A stretch of 63,137 nucleotides of DNA, filler included, from Atractiella rhizophila (Eukaryota): assembly GCA_021432655.1 (NCBI GenBank). It is 8 parts of 7 records of this genome, joined end to end, with 100 filler letters (N's around TTAATTAATTAA, not from the genome) between each part and the next. Parts side by side here need not be neighbours in the genome. Positions count along the whole stretch, not along the records: positions 43,510 to 52,498 come from MU272014.1; positions 52,599 to 58,782 come from MU272018.1; positions 58,883 to 61,212 come from MU272024.1; 5 more parts are not named here. One strand, 5' to 3'. The notes under the pieces were generated by a model that worked only from the letters and a program-made list of their open reading frames with translations, ran no database searches and had not been told where the DNA came from. Position numbers and translations under genes: made by a program. Of the stretch, positions 48,625 through 61,312 are shown in pieces. How positions within the stretch are numbered: position 1 is the first letter of the stretch; each line of letters begins with the position of its first letter.

Positions 48625-50757
48625 TTTCTGTTTATATCTTTGTTTACGGTCGCTGTATTGTTTCCTTCGTATTTCTCTGGTGAATTCGTTTCTTGGTTTC
48701 AATCTCTTTCTTGGTTTCCGGTTTCTGGTTTCAGTTTTTTCTTGTTTCAATTTCAAGAAGCAACCTGTTGTTGTTGTAGCAAGGCGTGTCAGTCGTATTT
48801 CATATTCTGGTGATTGGTTTCAATAGAATGTGTCTGTGATCTCTGTTTCTTCTCTCAAAAGCGTCGCGTGAAGCGAACAGGATTGTGTGCAGCCAAGTTC
48901 ATTTGCATTGTTTTAGGTTCTGTCTGAGCCCCAAGGTTGTTCAAGATCGGTTCTGAACGCGCTCAAATATTATATTTTAGGAGTAAGTTTGATCGTCCGT
49001 GATATCACTGCTCCATTTATTGTCGGCTTGACCGTTTGTTGTTTTGGTGCATGGATGAGAGCTTCCTTTTCACCACACAAAATTAGGATGGCCCACACTT
49101 CTGACTTTCGTCAGGTATTAAACATATCGACTGGTGACAGACGAATTTCTTGTTTATGCAGGGGCAGAACTCGCTTAAATTTATAATATTCGAAGATGGT
49201 CATGAATGTTTTAGTTTTAGTTGGACAACGAGAACTGCAAAGCATACCCTGTTTATACTCTTACAACACAACAAGACAGTACGTCTTCCCAGGGCAGAGC
49301 GACCGGGTTATGGGAGACCAAATCGCCCCTGTCTTCATCATGTCACGACTCCTCGAACACTTCTGGTATAGTGAATTATCATCAAACCAGTCTCAATCTC
49401 AATCTCGTACACGTCCTCTTCTCAACCCTCGTGCTTCCATCCATCAAGACGTGCCTTTGATAAAGATACCACCTTCCTTATGCTTCCCTCGAGATGGATA
49501 TCGTTTACATCTCTACATCTCTCCGGCCACTCGTCCATCTCTTCCACTGGTTTTGACACGCAGATGGAAGGTGGGCATAGCTCCTTCCGTTTCCATGCAC
49601 TCATTGCGTCATATCGTCGATTGCGTATTGCGAGTAAAGGAAGGCGGCATTAAGAGGATTGAAGTATGGAATTTGAAGCAAATGGTTTCGTCCTGTCACT
49701 GGATTCAGTTCTCAAGATCGTTGACGTTTCAGAAATAAAGACTCACTTCTGTCGCTTCATCCCTCAACTGATTCCTCTCAGAAGTCCACATATAATCCCC
49801 TCGTCTTCGACCTTCTCCCATCCGTCGGTCCACAAATGTTCTCGCCAGCGCAGCGAGTACTTGAGACTCGCTGAGAAATCCAGCTGGAGACACATTTGTC
49901 CCAGTTTGCTCTCCAGCCTTATTTCTCAACTATGCATCAATCCACATGTCCGAGCGGTTTCTCCTAGAGTTGAGGGCTTCGAAGGCGGTCAAAAACGTGT
50001 CGAAAGCCTGACTGAGCGCAGAAAGGCGATCCATGCAGAGGTCTAAATGAAGTGTATTTGGTGCCGACTATGAATAGACTGAAAATCTATATCTAGTCGT
50101 CGTTTCGTCGTCCTCAAGTTGTCGCATGCAGAGGAATAGATATGCTGTTAACGCGATGACTATGCCAGGAAGAAATGCTTCAGGTGCTGTCAGGCTCGTT
50201 GACAGTTCTGGCTGCGCTCCAGACAAAGTTGCTGAGCTCTGCAGGAGCCACTCGGAACTGTATGGACGTGAATAAGACTTTGAATCCTTATGCTACTTTC
50301 CTGACAATGAGGAGTCAAAAAGTTCGACTCCAGTGTTCGTTTTCAATGTCGTTTTTGCCCACTGCACTGTACAGAGATAGTTCGTCGTTCTGTAAACGTC
50401 ACGGTTCGCTATCTACTCGGCCATTATCAATTTTTGGTCGTTCCGTGCGACCAAGTTCAGTTGGAAACGACTGGCGGTTCCTTTGGTCGCCATCCACGTT
50501 TACGGCCAACTTTCCGGCTTTCGCAAGTCAACGCACATCGGTTTTCAAAGATCATCTGCAACATTCGAATGCTGCCTCCTACGTCCATCGATCCCTGACG
50601 GCATGCAGCTGCGTAGTCAAACAATTAGCCAAACTGATAGCCACGGGATAAGGTATCCTGGGTGCCTCGTTCAAGTATTTAAAGGCATCCAGCATCTACT
50701 CATCCGTCAATACATTCAGTTTCAACTCACTCCACAAGAAATTCAAACCAGAACATC

Positions 50758-51472
50758 ATGTCCACCCCTACTTATGTCAATGATCTCCCTGGTATTCGTA
50801 GGATCGTCACTGGCCACAACGCAGAGGGCAAAGCCATTTTCGTGGGTGATGAAGCATTCAGGGCAGAGTCCTTGAATGGATCAACCGCTTTTGGGCTGAA
50901 GGTGCACTCCTTTCGTCTGCTAGCTGCTCTTTGACTGCAAAGAAAAGATTCTTTATGAAACGGAAAAGACGCCTGCCAACATCGACGAGCCTTTCCACGA
51001 CCCCATGTTTAACGATGTTGCCGACATCGCAAATAAACAGGGAACCATCGTTAGGGTTCTCGACTTCGCGCCAAACCAACGCTTTGTTCTTGGGGAGGGT
51101 TTCATGCATCGAACGGAAAGCCTGGATTATGGAATTATCGTGAAAGGAGAAGTAGCATGCTACCTCGACTCGGGGGAGAAGAAAACGCTGAAAACCGGCG
51201 ATTTGATCGTCCAAAGAGGTATATCCCTTTTTTCAAAGAGAAAGATTAAGGATCGTGGGGTTAGGAACCATGCATGAATGGGTCAATGAGACATCAGAAT
51301 GGTGTCGTTTGATCGCGATTGTTGTGGGTATGCCGTTCTTCTATCACCAGACCAGGAAAGGTGCTGACAAATTTGAGCAGCAAGCCATCCTGCCACAGTA
51401 GGAGACAAAGTTTTGGGTAGAGAAGGTTATGAATCTGAATGGGTCGCCACGAAAGGGCATGTCAAGGCATAG
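50758..51472 (+). CDS. Cupin domain protein
   Basis: RRIVTGHNAEGKAIF; MHRTESLDYGIIVKGE..LDSGE..GDLIVQR|GTMHEWVN; TAG 51470-51472. Confidence 0.9.
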
Positions 51473-52185
51473 GTAGATGACATTTGTACGTTACACGTTA
51501 CTACATGAACTAGCGAGCCAGGCAAAATGAGAGCGGCGCCATTCAAGGATAGTCTGGAGGAACTCGGATTACTGAAATCTCGCGAGCGTCGTCTTTCCGC
51601 CTTCTCCCAACTTCCACCATCTAAATCGAGACGAAAACCACCTTGATTAGAGTGGCAGCATCAAATTTACTCAAAGAACAGCTTGATAATCCAGTTTACT
51701 TTGAATGTAGAAGGGATTATATGTAAAATGCAAACTGAGGACTCGGAGGAGGAAGGCAGAATACACACCTCGGGGTCAGTGTCAAGAAAATGCCTAATCT
51801 ACGCAGACATAGCCTTCATTTAAGATAATGCCACCATATATACATGAAGTAGAGGGGTATCGTCGTGCTAATCACGTGTAAATATGACACGAACCTACTT
51901 CCACATGCAGCGTGACTTGAAATGTCCAGGTTGCAAGGCAGACTATCAGAAAGCATTAACTCAAGCTCAACTTCCTCAACTGGGTTGCATAATGGATGGG
52001 TGAACGTTGTCTCTGCCAAGTAGCGGAAGAATGACAGAAGAATCGAATACAGGGACAAGTCAACATGCTCTAGCCTCATGGTTTCAGGAGAAAGCCTTGC
52101 CTACTAGCAGAGCAAACACATGATCTCCCTTGATCTTATATATCCTTTCATCGATCCAATCAGCCTGTTCTTACTCAGTTAAGAA

Positions 52186-52498
52186 ATGAAGACGCTGTTT
52201 TCTGTCCTTACCATTGCTGCATTGGCAGCTGCCAACACCCCAATCTCTCGATCTACACTCGAAAGTGAGGGTGTTTATCGTTTTGTGCTGGCGTCGCGCC
52301 CGAAATGGTGGTTTGGCATACCTTCTGTTGGTTCGTCTCCCCCTGTATCCCTCCTTGCAATTGACAGAGTTACGCAGGTCTCTGCCCATCCCGCACTGCT
52401 CCCTGTTACCCTGAACCCGCTGTGAACCATACGACTGGTGAACAGAACCCAGGAGCAGGTCTGTGCGCGTGGCCAAACGCAAATTGTGGTTGCTTATA
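52186..52498 (+). CDS. Putative secreted protein, 3'-truncated
   Basis: Signal peptide MKTLFSVLTIAALAAA, GTGAG donor ~52265, TATA-like ttatatat ~52136. Confidence 0.45.
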
Positions 52499-52598
52499 NN
52501 NNNNNNNNNNNNNNNNNNNNNNNNNNNNNNNNNNNNNNNNNNTTAATTAATTAANNNNNNNNNNNNNNNNNNNNNNNNNNNNNNNNNNNNNNNNNNNN

Positions 52599-54452
52599 CA
52601 ACGTCCATCTACGCATACGAGACCTTCCTCTTCCTCGGCATCCTCGTAAACTTCAGAAAATACGAAGCGCGCAACCCATACCTCGTCCGTATCGAAGACC
52701 TAGTTGAAGAAGACATCTTCAAGAAGCTCGCCATTGTCACGAGCAACGCGTGCTTACGGACGACGCAGGAGTATTTCGCAATCGCAGACGATTCGCCAAG
52801 AACCTATGTGCCAAAGTTTGGAGAGGTGTTGGGCATGTTGAGTGGCGGCTTTGGCCTCAGGTCGACAAGTCCCGTACCCGGCTATCGGGGCACTTCGAGC
52901 AAAGTCGATATTGATAAAAAAGGAAAGGATGATATCAGGGTGAAGGAAGATAGCCCTTTCCGGTTTATGTAAGCACTCACCTCTCCTTTTGTTTTATGGA
53001 ATTGAAGGTTAGGACAGGCCATCAGAAGCTTCTATCATCCTCTTTCCTTTCTATGACCTCCTCAATTCAAACAAGGCACTCGCCAGCCTCATGATTGCTG
53101 AAGTACAACTAGGATTGGATGAGGATGAAGAAGGGGTCTTAAACAAATCGTGGAGTATGTCATGTCTTGCTCTTCTTGTATGTCTACGGGATAGTTTTGC
53201 TCTAACTATATTAATGTGCCAGCTCGTCATTCTCCAATCGCAACCCTCATCTCATTCTCGTCTTATGTCCTCTGCCACGGTTCGGTGTCACCGAGAAGTC
53301 GAGCCTACTCCAGGTTGTGCCTCATCGTCCTTACGCTATTTTGTGAGGAAGGTGGGAAGGTTCTGGCGGCTCAGGAGTACGCGCGGACTGTCCGGCTTTG
53401 TCGACAGGTCTTTTTTCATGCCAGCTCTCAACTCTCAATTGGCACTAATGAAATAATTAGAGATTGCCTACGCTCCCTTACTCGAATGATCGAAAGCGAC
53501 CGCCAATTTGCGCCATCCTGGGTGAGTTATTTTCATTGTGTTAAGTAGCTACTAAAGTTCACTAACAGACTGCTGCACACTATATCTGAGGCACAACCTT
53601 CAAAAGAAGCTGGACGTTCACTCTTAGTAAGTTACCCTTCTACAGCTTCTGCTTGAGCCTCATCAGGTACTCAGCATCGTCGCTTTGCGGTTAATACATC
53701 GGATAATGCATCTTTTGAAGACAGACAGGATCCGATTAGGTACGCAATACCTCTGCAAAATAATTTTGTCTCACCAATGTTTGAGATCATGACTGGAACG
53801 ACTTATGGCGAGCCATCCTAACCCTTGGCGGCTTCGTTGTGGGTCAAATCGATAACCTGCGACTAATGTACAATACCACAGATGATCTGATATCTTTGGT
53901 ATTTCTCTCTTTTTATCGAAAGTTCTTGTTCCCCATTTGAATGTAGATATTTGTAGTTCTGGGATGTGCCTTGTGCTGGGGAGAAGCTTTCCTGGTGGAC
54001 GCAAGCAGCCTCGCAGCGCTCTACTTCGAGATTTTACGCTCGGAACAGTCCCTTAATTCATTGAGCGACTTTTTGGGAATCGCATCGACGGCTCCGAGGC
54101 CGACTTCAGCAGGAGCCACAGGCTCGAGTTCCAACTTTTCATCGATAGAGAGCGTGCGCAACGTGAAAGCGGTGTGCGCTCATTTCAACGAGAAACTTGA
54201 GCAGGCAAGGAAGGGGAAGGGGAAACTGAAGGGGAGAGATGCAAACGAAGTCTTGGAGATTATCAAATTGAATTTGGAAGGGCTTGACCTCATCGATCAC
54301 GTAGCCATGGAGGACGTCCGGTGAGTGATTTTTCTCGACAACCTGCCTAAACACTTAGGAAGAGCAGGATGTATGCTGAAAGTGCACACGAAGGCTTCTT
54401 CCGAGACTTTACACGCATAATGGCGCAGGACGCTTTGCAGTTGGTCTCGTAG
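52599..54452 (+). CDS. ARMH3/UPF0668 (DUF1741)-like protein, 5'-partial
   Basis: LGILVNFRKYEARNPYL, ILFPFYDLL, SFSSYVLCHG..RSRAYSRLCL, VRLCRQ, HNLQKKLDV, LYFEILR; TAG 54450-54452. Confidence 0.75.
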
Positions 54453-55135
54453 GGTCAAACATTTGTTCAAAACCTGTTCTGCTATCTGATCCAAAAGAAC
54501 ATTTTGTTTGCTGAGATGATTGGGTCATATTTCGCTTATAGAGGATGCTTCGTTATGGCAAGAGGCTGCATGAGTAGAATGATAACCAGTGTCTGCCATC
54601 ATTGTCACATGCAGAGATGTGACTGTCGATCAATACTGTCCCATGAACCTTGTCAAAGGACGAGGTCATTGAGCAATAGATATCGAATATCGGTGTCGAC
54701 AAGGGAATTTTCTATTATTGCCCAGCCAGGAACAGATGGAAAGAGGTTGGTCACTTCACCCCACATTCATGCTGCCTGGACCACAATCCCTCTGTTTATC
54801 AATAAAATGTAGGACTTGCCCAGGAGTTCGTGATATTTTCCGCAACCTGTCAGAGCTGCCGGTGTCGCTTTCGATCTTGGATTCCCCCGGCATTGATATC
54901 TGAGTCGTGACCGTCGATGCCATTAACATCGTTAAAAGGATCTGAGCTTAATCCGTCAACAGCTCTTTTGGGATCGTTTACTCCGAAACAACCTTGGACC
55001 GTTGCTCCCGTTGGAAGTCCAACGAACTATGCCAAGACCTAGTCAACAATAAAGAATACGACATGCACCTTCAGGGTTATGAAGTCAAGTATGGCCTTTA
55101 TTGCAAGATGGTGTCAAAGGTAGAAAGGCAGAGCC

Positions 55136-56487
55136 GAACGAGTTGCATTCCAACAGTACTTTTATGGATAAGAAACAAGGGACTACTAGTATTCTGTGAT
55201 GGTGCCTTCTCGTCAAGAAGGCATGTCTTATGTCGTGACGGCAATCGAAATGCTACGGCATAACATTTGTTCCCGCTTGCCGTTGTTGTTGTTGGACAAC
55301 AAGACATCATTTCTTTGTTATTTTTCGGCTCCTGATAAATAACTTCTTTCGCCATCTTTGTGACAACAAGAGTAGATTTTTCGAAGCTCGATGGCACCTC
55401 CAGCACCCCCGCCGACGCCAGCATCTCCTTTATTCAGGGACGTCCCTCAGCGCAACACCAACCGACAGCCCCTTCCAACGCAGTTCTCGACTCGACAAGC
55501 TCGCAAAATCTCATTGTCGAAGGCTCCTCTTCGTGTATTCAGTTACTGCGGGGCAACATGCTTCAACAGCGACCCGGTCGAAGATGACTGGAGCATGGTT
55601 AGCCGATCTGATCAACAGGAACAAAATGCCCAGACGACCGTTCCTCATACGAAGCTGCCATCCTCGGAGTCTCAAGCGGACATTCAACAAGCTACGTCTA
55701 ATTCTCACTCAGATCTGCCTGAAACGATTGTTGCCTTGCCTTCCCCGTCAACGTCTCCTCATACCAACTCAACCTCCGCTCAAACAAAGAGGTCTCCAGA
55801 TCCAACGGCGAGAACGAGTTGCATTCCAACAGTACTTTTATGGATAAGAAACAAGGGACTACTAGTATTCTGTGATGGTGCCTTCTCGTCAAGAAGGCAT
55901 GTCTTATGTCGTGACGGCAATCGAAATGCTACGGCATAACATTTGTTCCCGCTTGCCGTTGTTGTTGTTGGACAACAAGACATCATTTCTTTGTTATTTT
56001 TCGGCTCCTGATAAATAACTTCTTTCGCCATCTTTGTGACAACAAGAGTAGATTTTTCGAAGCTCGATGGCACCTCCAGCACCCCCGCCGACGCCTGCAT
56101 CTCCTTTGTTCAGGAACGTCCCTCAACGCAACACCAACCGACAGCCCCTTCCAACGCAGTTCTCGATTCGACAAGCTCGCAAAATCTCATTGTCGAAGGC
56201 TCCTCTTCGTGTATTCAGTTACTGCGCGGCAACATGCTTCAACAGCGACCCGGTCGAAGATGACTGGAGCATGGTTAGCCGATCTGATCAACAGGAACAA
56301 AATGCCCAGACGACCGTTCCTCATACGAAGCTGCCATCCTCGGAGTCTCAAGCGGACATTCAACAAGCTACGTCTAATTCTCACTCAGATCTGCCTGAAA
56401 CGATTGTTGCCTTGCCTTCCCCGTCAACGTCTCCTCATACCAACTCAACCTCCGCTCAAACAAAGAGGTCTCCAGATCCAACGGCGA
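55136..56487 (+). repeat. Head-to-tail tandem duplication, 2 x 676 nt (55136-55811, 55812-56487)
   Basis: Both units start gaacgagttgcattcc and end tccagatccaacggcga; about six substitutions seen. Confidence 0.96.
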
Positions 56488-57997
56488 CCCGTCCCGCCAA
56501 AAGAGAAGCATTAGTCCCCCCAACAGATGCGAGCTTCTCTGAGAGAACATTGATCCATGCTCACGACGATGAAACATCTCCTCGAGCGACCAGAAACAGC
56601 CGCAAGTCATCAGGACGGCGTCAGAAACGCGTTTCTGCACACACAGCGGATGGGCTCGCTCGGAGGTTATCAGGACGTCAAAAGTCTGAACCAGAAATCG
56701 GCCCACCTCAGAGCTACGAGAATTTCGACGAATTCGATAAAAAGGTCAGCATTGTTTTGGACAACAGAGAGGGAGGGGGAATGAAGGACAGTGATAATCC
56801 ACAGCGGCCGTTTTTGATCAATCGCACAGCATCGGGAAAGGTGATTTCCCTCTCTTCTCCAGCACAGAAGTCTCTCACATCCGCAAACAGCTTCAAGAGT
56901 TAGTCCTGGCTGGAGACAAAGGAACTCCTCAGACGGTTCATGATTTGCAGTATAACGAACCTTCAACTCTCATCCCAGCGAACGATATTTTGCATTTCAG
57001 GTCGAATTCAGTCCCGCAACGTCAGCAGAGCACAAAATCGACCCGTAGCTTGAAGACGGACTGGCAACGAAGGTTGGGAAGCAATTTAAGACGAAACAAT
57101 AGCGCTAGAGTTTAGTCAACGATGGATTCACGGATTGAAGAAATAGTCATGGCGGTAATATGGATAATAGATATTCGTTGTTTCTTCTTTTATCTTTTTC
57201 GTTCTTTTTAGTATCAATGACATCTTCGTTTCTAGTTACTGAATATAACCACGCATAAGTTATGTTGTAATCTTATAGCCTAATATTGATAATGATGCCA
57301 TATCTTGGACAGAATGTGGTTGAAGCGCATTCAGCGCTCATCGATGTCATTGAGGTCAAATTGAAAGGTTACGAAGGCTTGGAAGCACTGCCGATAAATA
57401 AGGCATTCCTAAGTTGCTTCTTCAAAGCTCCTTCACCATTCATGCAAAAACTCGGTCACAGGTCGCAGGGACGTATGAGCTACAGAGTGGCCGGATCATG
57501 ATAAGGTGACATTCAGCTTTAATGAGCAGCATACAGCTGGCAGGAAGGGGTGGGTAAGAACATCCAATGGCACTGCACTAAATCCGAGCACATTGAAACT
57601 GGTATGGAAATTGATGGAGAGATGTTTCCAAAGACAGCATTATATCTGGGTTGAATTGTAGAGCGCTGATAAAATGCTTCGTCAATTGTACAAAACGCAC
57701 CTCTACGTCACTGACAACGGCACTTGGCGCCAGGTACCCTCTGCAACAGTGGCACGCCCGCTAGGACTCCATTCCGACACATCCTTTTGCCTTGCCTCTT
57801 CTTTTATGCTTCTCCCCTTGCTGGTCTTTCTTGAACCTCCTGGAGGACGCAATACTGGAAGAGTTGAGGGGCTTCAAGCCAGGGAACAAGGGGCCAGCCA
57901 GTACAAGGACTTTCATTTCGATTCCATTGACCCTGACAGAGAGACCTAGAAAGGAGATCTTCAAAGTAGCAGAACCGAAAATTTTCAAGCTAGAGAT

Positions 57998-58782
57998 ATG
58001 GGGAATAAACGAAAGCGATCCCACTCAATCTCATCCAACGAAGGAGCTCCAACACGAGCTACTTTGCAAGGGAAGGGGAGCTCTATGTTCCTGCCGTCTC
58101 TGATGGCAGGATATACAAGTGGAGATGGTAGAGATGGGGATTATGAGTTTTCAGGAGAAGAGGACTTTGAGGATGATGATAAGCCAGAACGGAAGAACAG
58201 GCGTGGTCAGCGAGCTAGACGTGCGTGAGTACTTGTGTTTATGCTTAAAGCAAAGGTTGTTGAGATATTGGTTGCAAGCATATGGGAAAAGAAGTATGGA
58301 CGGGGTGCGAAACACCTGAAAACCTCGCAGGAAGCAGAAGTAGAAGCGCAGGATGATGCTAGACCTGCGAAGAAGAAGAAAGGGGATGAGCGAAGAGAAA
58401 AAGAGAAGAAGATCAAGCCCAGTGACGCTCGTCGTAAGGAGAAACGCGCTGCGAAGCTAGGTCGTCCTTTACCGTCACTAGCAGGGAAAGTTGAGCAACG
58501 CCAAGTTCCTGATCGTGGGGAGCCCAAAAATTCGTCCTCTTCCCGCCTTTCTCATTTCTCTCATCCTGACCGGCAATCGAGGTCAACAACTGAAGATAGG
58601 AAACCACAGCAAACTAGGAAGGAGGAAGTACCATTGCTTCAGAAGGGGAAGATCTCCCAAGAGGAACATTCGAAAGAAAAACCGAAACCAGTAACAGCCC
58701 CAGCACTCCACCCTTCTTGGGACGCGAAGAGGAAACAATCGGATGTAGTGGCAAATGCTTTGGCTGGAAAATCTGGAGGAGC
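57998..58782 (+). CDS. BUD22: Bud22/SRFBP1-domain ribosome biogenesis protein, 3'-truncated
   Basis: FLPSLMAGY, RKNRRGQRARRA|IWEKKYG, LHPSWDAKRKQ. Confidence 0.88.
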
Positions 58783-58882
58783 NNNNNNNNNNNNNNNNNN
58801 NNNNNNNNNNNNNNNNNNNNNNNNNNTTAATTAATTAANNNNNNNNNNNNNNNNNNNNNNNNNNNNNNNNNNNNNNNNNNNN

Positions 58883-59003
58883 ACATTTTCAACTCTTCGT
58901 GGCGCACAAACAGTTTATACCCAATCGGCGCAAGAGCTTCGAGGTAGAACTTCTCGGAAGCCCTGAGATCTTTGACGTATATCAAAATGTGATCAAGTGG
59001 CAT
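58883..59003 (-). CDS. Glyoxalase/VOC family protein, copy 1 (5' part only)
   Basis: MPLDHILIYVKDLRASEKFYLEALAPIGY. Confidence 0.8.
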
Positions 59004-60722
59004 GGCTAGCTTTGTGTGCAAGTTTTGCGCGGTTTGGCGTTTGTTGGAGTGAAGTTGTTGACTTTGTCTGACGATAGAATGTTGCCATGAAGGCGACTTT
59101 TATACTTGCCGCTTAGGGAACGCATTATGGTCATAACAGGAATGTTCACCTGGTACATCAAGGGACAATAATTTTCAAGCTTCTTTCCGGATAGTCATGA
59201 GGGGATCGAGCGAGATTCCGAAAGGAAGGAGACAAGGTTGACTGATCAGTGGCCTGAGATGACTGAGATGACTGATTGATCCCCTTAATGACTTGGATCT
59301 TGGTTGGATATTGCGCTCCAAGTCAAGCAATCAACTTTCAAATATTTGACAACTGTTGATCTTTCGCTTGTCCGGGAATGAAGCCTTGAAACGGCCCCTT
59401 ATGTTCCCATTAAGCTGAATATTTTCCTGTACTGTGAATGAGCAAGACCTTGCGGGTAGCAGCGGTACGGCGGAACAGATGCTTCCAAATGCTTACAACG
59501 CTCACTTTTGATATGCAAGCATGTCAATGACGAAAGGAGCCGAATAACATTTATGGCTTGATGTTTCTCACCAAAGGGAGATGATATGGCTGCGCTCGCT
59601 CAGGCTGTACATTCTTCTTCCCCGTAAGTGTGAGCAGAAGCATGACCAGCAGCCATATATTCTGCTTTGAGCATCGTTCCATCTCAGAAAGGCCAGATAC
59701 GTGTTCTTTCCTTGAAGGATCATTCTGAGAGCTCTTTCATTTCTGGAAACTGCTGGGAAAAGGCGGCGGAAAAACCCTACATGCTGCAGTCGACCTACAT
59801 ATACTTCTATGATGAAGTCGTGAGAAAGATGTATTTCATGTGTTTGGATGTGGTCTCCTTTCCTTGCCTCTTCCACTTCAGGTAAACGAAAAATGATTCC
59901 CTTCGATCAGATATCCGAAGCACGTTCATCATGGTTCGTGGTTTGTCGTTGTGAGCCATGCGTCAAACCAAACCATTTGAAGATGGCACATGTGAAAACA
60001 GATAGATTTGACCCTCGTTAGACAAACCTCGCCGATGGATGGTCGGATAATCAGACGGAGGACATTTCAAGATATTTTGCTCATTTGGTGCTTTCATTAT
60101 TTTCCATTTCCCTCCTCTGCCGAGGATCACTACTTACCCAAGCTGGCTTGGTGATGGCCTCACCAACTCCAACATCGGAAATGAGTCGACCCTATTGACC
60201 ACACTTATCAAGGAAACTCAAATGGTATTCTGTAGGAAATGGAGATACCAACTTGGAGAGAGATTTTCATAGAGACGCTTTCGGCTATCTGCTGTTTCTT
60301 TCGGTTTCCTTCAACCTTTAATAATAGAGTCGGTGATCCTTCCTATGGCTAGAGACCGTGTGCTTGCCCTTGATAAAACTTTTCATCCCTTTTCGCTGAC
60401 GAACCGTGAGAAGAAGAATGCTATCATTTAATCCTCCTCCTGGTGAAATTGGAATCCGCGTCAAAGCTGCTTGCAAGTTTGTAACCCAAATTTCTTAAGG
60501 ATACAACAGGGCCGTGCATTTATAGTCCACGGCTCTAGTACCTTGCGGCGCCGCGAGGATGATGCAGAACCGTTTCTTCTCACCGGTATCGCAGACAGAA
60601 TGTGGAAACCAACCACAAGATAATGGGCATCCGGACAATGACATTGCATCACATTTACGTGCGACAAAACAAAATTTCAAGACACTCCCCTTTTCTTCAC
60701 ATTGAGCATGGTCCTTTATGAC

Positions 60723-61212
60723 TTAAGCAGGTGGAGCGTCCCTGATGGCAACCTCGACATTGTGACCTAACCCTGCTCAGCTTGATGGAACCGAAAGCAA
60801 AATACACACCATCGGGGTCCTTGACGAAAGCGCCGTAGTAACCAGGCCCATAGGCACGAGGACCAGGTTTTCCTTGTTGATCTTTGAGCGTGCGCAATCC
60901 TGTTTTAGACCAATGAGCCAGGAACTAACCGTTATCCTCTCCCCCAGCCTTCAGAGCCGCGCTGTGAAACGCATCAACGGCGCTCTTGTCCTGCCCTCTG
61001 AAAGCGTAGTGAGCTCCAGCGGATACCTTGGATGCATCTTCAGCGAGCCAGAAGTCGGCTACGCCATGTGCAGCTGTTCCTGGCTCAGTTGCTGTGCACG
61101 TCAAGGCAAAGAGTCGCGGACCTAATCCAACCCTTTTCATCTCATCAAGGCGCAGATATAGTTTGTATCCAATGGGTGCGAGAGCTTCGAGGTAGAACTT
61201 CTCGGAAGCAGC
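60723..61212 (-). CDS. Glyoxalase/VOC family protein, copy 2 (5'-partial)
   Basis: ASEKFYLEALAPIGY, ADFWL, HYAF..VDAFHSAALKAGGEDNG, PGPR.YGPGYYGAFVKDPDG|HNVEV. Confidence 0.9.
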
Positions 61213-61312
61213 NNNNNNNNNNNNNNNNNNNNNNNNNNNNNNNNNNNNNNNNNNNNTTAATTAATTAANNNNNNNNNNNNNNNNNNNNNNNNNNNNNNNN
61301 NNNNNNNNNNNN

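Noticed and set aside
36137..51472. Detox or secondary-metabolite cluster (FAD oxidase, GST, cupin)
   Set aside because: Genes are split by artificial spacers and no backbone synthase is present.
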